A stretch of DNA of 64,000 nt, from positions 15-64,014 of the IMG/VR virus record IMGVR_UViG_3300017747_002675; one strand, 5' to 3'. Every line of letters begins with the position of its first letter. The first letter of the stretch is position 1. Positions 58,201 through 64,000 of the stretch are shown here, piece after piece. Made by a program: the position numbers and the translations under genes. A model generated the notes under the pieces. The model ran no database searches, was not told the DNA's origin, and worked only from the letters and a program-made list of their open reading frames with translations. Source of the DNA: a virus. Its lineage: Duplodnaviria > Caudoviricetes.

Positions 58201-61200
58201 GGCGACGAGACCGATGTCTCGACCGGCCCGGGTGGCGGAGGCGGAATGATGTCGCCGGCGTCTGGCGACGGTGGCGGCGGTGGGACTTCGCCTTCTGGAG
58301 TGTTCGGCGACTCGTCAGCGTCCGTAGTTTTGTCGTACACCCACGCAAGCGAGCCAATGTCGAGCTCCTTCTTCGCGCGAGTAACGGCGACGTAGTTCAG
58401 CTTCAACTCTTCTGGAGACGGCAGCACCTCGATTTCTTCTTCGGATTCCTCGTCGTATACAAACTTTGGACCCCAGAAGTCTCCACCGATGCGAACGCGA
58501 TCCCACTCAAGGCCCTTTGCACGGTGTGCGCTCGTGACGACGACATCGATCTTGTCTCCGCCGCCTCCACCCATTCCTTCGCGAAGCTGCTTTAGTGTCG
58601 CAAGACGGTCGTTATCGGACTTAATCGACTTGATCCACCGCTTACGCTCCGCGTCCCACTTGAAGCCGAGCTTCTTAGCTGCGTCCTTGTTGTTGAACAA
58701 TTTTTCCCCGGTGAGAGAAACGCTGTCGCCAACAACGACGTAGTCAACACCGTCGATGATCTTACCTTTTGAGCCGGTACGGGCAACGTCGATTGTAAGT
58801 TCGGGAAGATCTCCACCGCCGCCGACGCCAAGCCCATCTTCGCTGCTGCTGTAGATCTTGAGCTTCGACAACATGTCATCGACGCCGTTGAATCCAATGT
58901 CGTCGATCAACTTAATGAACTTACCAACCTTGCGTGACGCTTCTTCATCAGCAAGAGCCTTTAAGAGCTCGTCCCATGAAGAATACGGAGCAAGCTCATC
59001 GTGCATCTTACTCGGCTTCGGGCCTTCGCCCTTGAGGTACCTTGCGGAGTCGTTGAACGACTGAAGATCGTCCTTGAAGTTCTTTGCTACGCCGACGACG
59101 CGGCCACGCTCGAACTCGGCAAAGATCTCAGAGATCGCGCCACTGTTTGTTCTTACAAGAACAGCCTGCGCGTCTTCCATGGAGCCTGGCTCGACGATTA
59201 CTCCGTCGGGTCCGCCGCCCTCGATTCGGTTACGAGAGTTAAGCAGACTGAGGAATCTGTTGCCCATTCCTGCAATCTGCGGTCCGAATCTCCACGACTT
59301 CGTCAGCGGCAGTTCGAACTCTGCGTCAACCTGCTCGAGTTGGTCGACGGCGCCACGGAATCCGTAGATCGCCTGGTTGCTATCGCCAACGTAGATCTTT
59401 TGGATCTTCTGGTCGGCGATGACCTTACCAAGAACCGGGTTGATGTCCTGCGCCTCGTCAAAGAAGATGATGTCCGCAGGTCTAGAGAGTCCGGAGCCGC
59501 TCTTCGAAAGATCAGGGCGTGTCAACGCCCACATCTTTGTGATGTGACTGTTTGTGACTCGAAGAACGCCGTTAGGGCTCTTGAGGTCTGCCCAGATCTC
59601 GTTCGCCCAAGCGATCAACTGAGGCTCTGGTCTAAAGTCTACGAAGTGCTGCGGTCCGATCTCGTCGTCTGCGCTGTTTGCAAATTTATTGATAGCCGCG
59701 TTTAAGAGGCGAATGGTCTCGAACTGTGTAAGTTTGTAGGGCTTACCGTCGTAACCGACTCCTGAATGGCCGTCAATGCCGAAGTGTCTTCCGATGTCTT
59801 TCGCCTTGACGAGCGCCGTCTTGTTGCCCATCTTCTTCGTGATGTCATTCGACACCGCGCGATAGGCGATCGAGTCAGCGGTACGCGACTCGACGTTGTC
59901 AGGCATCGTAGCCTCGGCCTCGGTCTGGATCGACTTATTGAACGCGACGTAGATGATCTTCTTGTTCGGCTGCTCTCTCTTGAGCCGTCGTGCGATCAAC
60001 TTAAGCGTACTCGTCTTACCTGTACCGGCGAGCGCAAGAACCTTGGTGTCTTTGCCCGTTAGAACAGCGTCGACGATCGAGCGCTGCTGATCGGTCGGCG
60101 GGAACGCCTCGCCGGCGTACGGATCCTTGACGTCCTTGCCGTCGCTCTCGGGCGAGTCGACGTCAATAGCGTCTGTCATCGGCGACGGGTTCGCCGTGTC
60201 TCCACCGGGTACGCCGTCGGGGTCTACAGGATCTGCGCCTTCCGTCGACGCTGCCTTGATGATGTCATCTAGCGGCGGGACCGAGCATGGGCCGTTTTCT
60301 TCTCCAACAGCGGCCGTCAAGCCGGCGCCACCGCAGTTCCATGCGGCGGCGATCGCCTTCTTCATCTCGTACTCGGCGAGATCCTGCTTGTACTGCTCGT
60401 ATGCGGCATCGTACTCGGCCTCGCGAAGTCTTTGTGCCTCAAACGCGCCGTCCGAGTCAAGCAGACCGGTCGAAGTGTCGGGGTTGCCGATGGCTCGCTC
60501 AAGCATCGCGTCGACGATGTTCGCCGATGCCTCTGCGTCTGCGTCTGCGCGGTGCCAGTTGTTAAGCTCGACGCCGAGATACTCGGCGACCGGGCCAAGA
60601 CTGTTCGACGCTCTACGCTTGCCGTCCTTGCCGACCTGCATCGGACCGTCTGGGTTCTTTACCGACCACTTTGGCAACGTACCTGCCGCGAGGTCCTTCG
60701 AGTCGATCGTGCCGGCGATGTCAAGCTCGAGACCTTGCTCGCCAAGTGTTCTCTCAAGAACCTCACGATCGAACGGGACGTACTGTCCACCAAGAATCGG
60801 GCTCTCGCCGGCGAACTTGATGAACATCTCGTGAGCTTCTCTCATCGAGACCTGCTGAGCAAGCCACTCGTCTGTGACGGGCTCGCCGTCTTCTCTCTTC
60901 AGGTTGTCTCTCGACCACTCAGAAAGTCTGAACTCTGGGTTCATGTAGACGTTCATGCGGTCGATGACCTTGCCGTCCTTGACCTTGACTGCACCGAGCT
61001 GCACTGGTCTGTTCAGCTCGCCGTCACCGGGTGTCGTGCTAAGACCGGTAGTCTCATAGTCGAAGTAGACGATCTCCGTCCCACGGATAACTTCCGCGGC
61101 CTCTTCCCATGTCTCGACGCCGGAGAGGAGCTCCTGCATTCTTCCACTGAACGCTCCAGGGGTTGGCTTTCTTGGCTTTTCGGGGCGATGCAGCGCCGGC

Positions 61201-64000
61201 TCGTCGCCCATCGGCGGAACGGTTCCGCCACGAGAAACGTCGATGACCGTCGTCGCGTTCCACTCCTTACGCTGGAGCTCGTGACCCGGGTAGTAACCCT
61301 GAACGCTTACCTTGCCGTTAGGAGTGCTTTCGTCGATGAACACCTTGTCGATGACGAACGAGTCTGTTGCGGTGATGTCGCCGGGGAGCAGGTCCTGCGC
61401 CTGGTAACCCATCGACTCGGTCAACGGGACCGGGTCTGGGAACATCTCCGGATCATCAACTCCCTCTGGGATATTGAAACGATCAAGGATCGCGCGACGA
61501 CGGGCCTTCAACTTGTCCTTAAGAACCTTGCGGTCTGACTCACTCTTGACGTTCGCGTCAATGATCGAGTCGATCATCGACGGAGTGAGATCACGAAGAC
61601 GCATAGCGGCATTTCTCAATTGCTCGTCGGTAGTGTCGGCGAACACGCTCGCGGCCTGTGGGTTGATGTCCATGTCGCGCATCGAGTCGAGATCGCGGTC
61701 GTCGTAGCTGAAACGATCGTCGCCCTTGGCCGTGCCCCGTGCTCTCCACATCAACGACGCGCCCGGATCAACGCGGATCGGGTCGCCGTTTCCATCGGAG
61801 ATGATGTTCGTGGAGTCGTCGTACAGGTAGCCGATGACGTCGTAGTTTGCGAGCCACGCGTCGATCACGAAGTGATCACGGATCTTGTCTAGGTATTCCT
61901 GATCGCCGTCGTTGTACGGACCGAAGAAACCCATCGGGTCGGAGTTCGGGACGATCGGAGAGACGAGACGTAGCTCGCCGCTTTCATCGCCGTACGCCGT
62001 CTCCGCGGCGGGCACTCCGAGCGCCTCGTACAACAGCGCTGCTAGGGTCTCATTGTCCGCGTGAGATTGTGAACGCGGAATCTTGACGTAGTATTCATTA
62101 CCGTCAGCGTCGCGGTAGAAGCCGCCAGGATTGGAGCCCGTTCCTCCGCCGATCTTTGTCCAGTTCTCGATGCCCGAGTACGTTCTAGTCTTAGGCGGCC
62201 ACGACATCGGCGGCTCGGTGGCAGCTTCAGGGGCCGGCATCGCCTGCGTCGCTCGGCTGGGTGGCTCAACTCTACGGACCTGAACGACGAACTCGTCGTC
62301 CTTGCCGACCCTACCGCGGTTTTTACGAACTGAGACGACCTCAAACTGCCCGAAACCGAAGACCTCGCTTTCGCCTTCAAACGGCGAGATCGACGATACG
62401 TCGACCGAGTCAACGTCACCTGGTAGACCCTCGAAGATAACTCTTCTTCTTCCGTCGCGCACTGGCATGAACATCTGCGAGGCTATCGACCCATCGGAGA
62501 TGTTCATCGTCGTCCACGAGCGAGCGTCCATGTAAAACCTCGAACCCTCGGTAGTGTACATGGAAAAGTCGATGCTGTCTTCGTTGACGCCGATCACTCT
62601 GTAGAGAGTCTGCTCGTTCGGCTTCGCCGCCGCACTCATCAATCGATAGAACGCCGCGCCAGAAGTCTGGGCGTCGAGCGTGTCGGTGCCGTCGATGATC
62701 TTACCGCGGCTTTCCATGAACTCAGGGTAGCCGCCGTATTCTCTAACTAGCTCATCGTACGCGTCGAACGCGGCATCGACACCAAGCTTGCGGCTCAGCG
62801 CGTCGACAAGTCTGTACCTATAACCTGACTCATCTCGAGCGTACTGTTCAAAGTCTTCTCGGTCTATCGTCTCCATGATGTCGCCGCCGTCGAGAGACAT
62901 GAGTATGCCCCAGTAGCCTCTAAACGCCTGGCGATCGTCTGGGTCGTCGCTGATGGATAGATCGTAGAGATCTTCAAACAGCGACTCGACATCGTCTCCG
63001 TTTTCAAAAGCGTTTGAAATGCGCTCGGCGACGCTCTTGATAGACTCGTTCTGTTCGTCATAGTCGGCAAGAGCGTCGCGAACAGTCGCGGTGCGCTCTA
63101 CTCTACTAATCTGTGTGCTGAGTCTAGCTGCGCGCGAAATTTCTTCGTTGCGCGAGGTGGTAGGAATCTCCGTGCGCAACGGGCTCGTCGAAGGCTCGAT
63201 TCTCATGTCATCGTTCTGCTGAGCGATCCGCTCGACGTTTGTCTGCTCGCGATCTGGGTCAAGTCTCGAGTCATACAGTCCGGCAAGAATCATTGGCGCA
63301 TCGAGCCCGGACAACTGAAGTGCTTCGTAGATCGCCTCGGCCTTGACACGCTCCGGCCCACGATTAAAGTCGAGGAATCCGAAACCTGTCGCGTCCTCGT
63401 CATCGGTCGGCAGAACGGCGTCACGAAGACCCTTAGCAAGTTCTTCCTGACTGAACTGAGATGCAAGGATCTCAGGGTCGTCGGTGTAGTCATCGCTAGC
63501 CTGATCGGTGCGTCCGGTGGGTTCGTAGATGTCAAAGATCTGTGGCTTGTATGCGCCTTCAGGAGTCTCAAACATCGAGTCAAACTCTTCGTTGAAGAAC
63601 TCGAGGTCCGGTGTCATCTCTTCAGCTTCAGGCGCAGCAAACTCGATCTTGTCAAGAGCGAACGTACGATCTTCGCCGTCACCTTCGCTGAACCCGACGA
63701 GATTCGTGTTTCCGTTCTTTGGATTGAAGTACATGCGCTGCGGGCGAACGGTACGCTCTTTCCCGTTGTACATGAACTTGATCTTGTCGCCGGAGTTGAT
63801 CGCGGCGTCGATCTGATCGCGGATCTCTGTTATCCCACCTGGAGCGATGTCACGAGGTTCACCTGGTCCGCCAGCAATCGCGCTGTTGACATAGTCGATA
63901 GCGTCTGGGTCATCACCAATGAACTCGCCGATATCGCTGCTGACGTCGTTGTACGCAGGTCCGCCGAGTCTGTTGTCGGTGTATACGTACTCCTTTGAAC
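52248..64000 (-). CDS. Giant (>3,900 aa, 5' partial) multi-enzyme head-locus protein: WYL, ART, kinase, DEDDh exonuclease, UvrD-like helicase, further ARTs, H-Y-E module
   Basis: The frame stays open from 63773 to the window end (..IRDQIDAAINSGDKIKF-MYNGKERTVRP..). Motifs: FDYETTG / WHRADAD, ALAGTGKT / FFDEAQD / YVAVTRAK, YR..STS..EQE. Confidence 0.88.
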   Translation of the reverse strand, partial: SKEYVYTDNRLGGPAYNDVSSDIGEFIGDDPDAIDYVNSAIAGGPGEPRDIAPGGITEIRDQIDAAINSGDKIKFMYNGKERTVRPQRMYFNPKNGNTNLVGFSEGDGEDRTFALDKIEFAAPEAEEMTPDLEFFNEEFDSMFETPEGAYKPQIFDIYEPTGRTDQASDDYTDDPEILASQFSQEELAKGLRDAVLPTDDEDATGFGFLDFNRGPERVKAEAIYEALQLSGLDAPMILAGLYDSRLDPDREQTNVERIAQQNDDMRIEPSTSPLRTEIPTTSRNEEISRAARLSTQISRVERTATVRDALADYDEQNESIKSVAERISNAFENGDDVESLFEDLYDLSISDDPDDRQAFRGYWGILMSLDGGDIMETIDREDFEQYARDESGYRYRLVDALSRKLGVDAAFDAYDELVREYGGYPEFMESRGKIIDGTDTLDAQTSGAAFYRLMSAAAKPNEQTLYRVIGVNEDSIDFSMYTTEGSRFYMDARSWTTMNISDGSIASQMFMPVRDGRRRVIFEGLPGDVDSVDVSSISPFEGESEVFGFGQFEVVSVRKNRGRVGKDDEFVVQVRRVEPPSRATQAMPAPEAATEPPMSWPPKTRTYSGIENWTKIGGGTGSNPGGFYRDADGNEYYVKIPRSQSHADNETLAALLYEALGVPAAETAYGDESGELRLVSPIVPNSDPMGFFGPYNDGDQEYLDKIRDHFVIDAWLANYDVIGYLYDDSTNIISDGNGDPIRVDPGASLMWRARGTAKGDDRFSYDDRDLDSMRDMDINPQAASVFADTTDEQLRNAAMRLRDLTPSMIDSIIDANVKSESDRKVLKDKLKARRRAILDRFNIPEGVDDPEMFPDPVPLTESMGYQAQDLLPGDITATDSFVIDKVFIDESTPNGKVSVQGYYPGHELQRKEWNATTVIDVSRGGTVPPMGDEPALHRPEKPRKPTPGAFSGRMQELLSGVETWEEAAEVIRGTEIVYFDYETTGLSTTPGDGELNRPVQLGAVKVKDGKVIDRMNVYMNPEFRLSEWSRDNLKREDGEPVTDEWLAQQVSMREAHEMFIKFAGESPILGGQYVPFDREVLERTLGEQGLELDIAGTIDSKDLAAGTLPKWSVKNPDGPMQVGKDGKRRASNSLGPVAEYLGVELNNWHRADADAEASANIVDAMLERAIGNPDTSTGLLDSDGAFEAQRLREAEYDAAYEQYKQDLAEYEMKKAIAAAWNCGGAGLTAAVGEENGPCSVPPLDDIIKAASTEGADPVDPDGVPGGDTANPSPMTDAIDVDSPESDGKDVKDPYAGEAFPPTDQQRSIVDAVLTGKDTKVLALAGTGKTSTLKLIARRLKREQPNKKIIYVAFNKSIQTEAEATMPDNVESRTADSIAYRAVSNDITKKMGNKTALVKAKDIGRHFGIDGHSGVGYDGKPYKLTQFETIRLLNAAINKFANSADDEIGPQHFVDFRPEPQLIAWANEIWADLKSPNGVLRVTNSHITKMWALTRPDLSKSGSGLSRPADIIFFDEAQDINPVLGKVIADQKIQKIYVGDSNQAIYGFRGAVDQLEQVDAEFELPLTKSWRFGPQIAGMGNRFLSLLNSRNRIEGGGPDGVIVEPGSMEDAQAVLVRTNSGAISEIFAEFERGRVVGVAKNFKDDLQSFNDSARYLKGEGPKPSKMHDELAPYSSWDELLKALADEEASRKVGKFIKLIDDIGFNGVDDMLSKLKIYSSSEDGLGVGGGGDLPELTIDVARTGSKGKIIDGVDYVVVGDSVSLTGEKLFNNKDAAKKLGFKWDAERKRWIKSIKSDNDRLATLKQLREGMGGGGGDKIDVVVTSAHRAKGLEWDRVRIGGDFWGPKFVYDEESEEEIEVLPSPEELKLNYVAVTRAKKELDIGSLAWVYDKTTDADESPNTPEGEVPPPPPSPDAGDIIPPPPPGPVETSVSSPEPDPEPGMSGTPEAPNEIAPEEFVAPSMSDERNQDVDVVTEEPAPGESFDMDDAAKIADYINELNEEADEIETNGDKPERKYAKEIRALIDILEKQRNGEASIEETIAALTEFEERMRGLKFPEKWQKQMYDGLADGARDARRFYDGSAKTGQVLGKGLPPEGNMQGFDKKGVFIKPGMRARDKWGYAGTILRYKVDGDDWGYVYFKQDIDHRDPDKVSEKSWGPRRHISVRSNKTLTLIHDGDDNSPWIDNGTTSEDKKPKKLDEQLKVLEEAKGGDGDGGLGTRPYVAPEDGGGAPAAGTTEALRENVEARSEADAWSGDEESRTDTPKGEAPSGATAEASKILKDIEPDGELFNEDEELTYEEKLKSAMMSAPVAQVTLSLINDFLEKNPDETSKPFNDLVERISKKIKEDAGAVHQLLGEFLEFARSNNPEEREAYRALMALSSFLDGGIIEGFGNVEREIGGALYKNQEPSSLQDVVEFAKKYGMPLSYADVVRSELNLARGDEQIGGQEPSIAGAYYRLLSRLSQRSPHKKKIYRGIKNTDLTKDFLRKGAVVSIPPRSFSKDEEATFEFGNITLEVSGADVDGVDISKVSNWDEGEVIASGTFEVVSVEYIEDEKRHKVKLKKTKAPVTQKDESSSKATAEAPEADNSPELDNNPGKLGVSGFVVTSIAREPGAFLGIGKLKLGKTFVSEEPIRTSHDYRGDVQRAIEGENVLLVKFQAAPGTDVVFHGKPKPVEIPQALLDIAVDKEALIKSLSESHDPYEGLDFSFPAGTKFVVTQNATVEGPDVLDERGMTVPDPVTGMPKKQYTYDTVVLAVDNGDESVEAPRPIEDAPGLSKDDEADVDAANIEPDWQVDTPGWDFESAMSDLYEEQGFVLVDPDTNETSDQGLEESLGLRSYQGSGFTSINGFLRSGNISSQPLGTVIDEIDKIDKLMEKAPKLPKDAVFYRMVPEDIVEVIRAYEVGDLVTDAAFTSTSSEDDIPSDYFRLEIYAPAGTTGIYVQGYLNGEDILEFSEEQEFLIDRNTTFRVVAKSQSDDGTVMSVRLAVVEQSKPDLADVVNQRVQEAEAGTPADAPQAPSEEDIKNFDEGDGLFRYTPDFVNQQRSAFLFSFYDEDSGDALSISVLDSSDRPYDPDTAADEINSLLADEKVYDVLAVGYGLILAGRVEEGMHWLKTAQREARGDARSVIDKAIIDVREGDFQGIIDSSDFVYRTSTGADLSIPRTSATGSYVQDLNSALQNDEGVKKAFKDIAKKSIDDLADIVGERKQRAVRGSGVEKIVDDSPLSYDETDFDAVPSIRDAINDLTDSARPIIDSLIDGDDVEDGRITFTKEGDDEKSAVLVARFKLTSWAADALKRNDAKSVVANKKSRWKTMFGPDVISFRRKSIDKTTGIARVESEFSKLTSTQTGVLRRYDGEVNGKPFVVKVFESDPSSGIEVGIKDNHEWSTVDNKVEIVFSSLDPSDEEIAEALRAAGVTDPRPMTKKDLKVLAENKLISLFGGVSDPALNLTGPARLKVLNDIKRKLGVTADDVTVGVGEDGLIEMKIPRDVAQKIIDQRNLPGLSHALSLGSLTVEERAATVVDVIANEFGLGLLSTQERFDLGLQYMGGSSESDMSTGGADYVYLTMVGYDQHRTAQKGELIHDDDDNVFIFYDPVEVLTRLDLWANQEDYFGGRVHNDPVGHIKPEGYELMLKRHLDNSAMSNIYVGAELRNFILKELDKRGVTEINGVPVRDFVRLFGNEVDPDEWKTGDDLVSKAEAIAKIMDRLKERKMLPPYAGGALNVPNEAGTMTIAEEYGLASNPDHSIIAIEKGTGTLITLQRRNGKPHKIVAHKKYVKGEFRQPGRALNPKAIENLEKMIEDGSISDFAVVYGRYGRYGKAGAEAPTGSGEAFYKPVFDDFLKKAKSSDPKLQKQGVFGLIDLLKTDIPPQLRLAIFSQLSGMGLMSEARAALLGGPATTKSKFRKGDRSNPFWVG

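Noticed and set aside
58560-58860. Helicase insertion as an intein or homing endonuclease
   Set aside because: No N-terminal Cys/Ser splice block, no C-terminal His-Asn, no LAGLIDADG or HNH motif
1-64000. tRNA genes, integrase, IS elements, terminase, portal, lysis genes
   Set aside because: None recognised; intergenic gaps are short and show no cloverleaf by eye. Packaging and lysis genes are presumably outside the window; a tRNAscan-SE run would confirm the tRNA result

Overview
This window is about 64 kb of a large tailed dsDNA phage that probably infects an actinobacterium (WhiB gene, MSMEG_6728-like glycosylase, actinophage-type capsid, protease and tail genes). No integrase, CRISPR array or tRNA was recognised. 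From 3.4 kb to the right edge every credible gene is on the minus strand. In transcription order: (i) an expanded head-morphogenesis locus with a giant ORF of more than 3,900 aa that runs off the window, a related 1,932-aa ORF and a 1,483-aa prohead-protease fusion; (ii) two capsid-type genes, major tail, neck, frameshifted tail chaperone, tape measure and tail-tip genes; (iii) a replication, recombination and nucleotide-metabolism block; (iv) WhiB. A short plus-strand cassette (collagen fibre, partner protein, 2OG-Fe(II) oxygenase, GT2) converges from the left. Two systems stand out. (A) The giant head-locus proteins string together WYL, three intact-looking and one degenerate R-S-E ADP-ribosyltransferase domains, HipA/PI3K-like kinase, DEDDh exonuclease, UvrD-like helicase, GNAT, pentapeptide repeats and a duplicated H-Y-E/DarT-like module, and three head-locus proteins share an RDxxG(K/R)F peptide. 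This suggests a packaged, injected multi-enzyme payload. (B) A T4-analogous cytosine hypermodification pathway: a thymidylate-synthase homologue with the dCMP-specifying Asp, a dNMP kinase fused to a UDG-like domain, a gp56-like dCTPase, two tandem beta-glucosyltransferase-like paralogues and a divergent C5-methyltransferase. All family assignments come from motifs read by eye; no database search was run.
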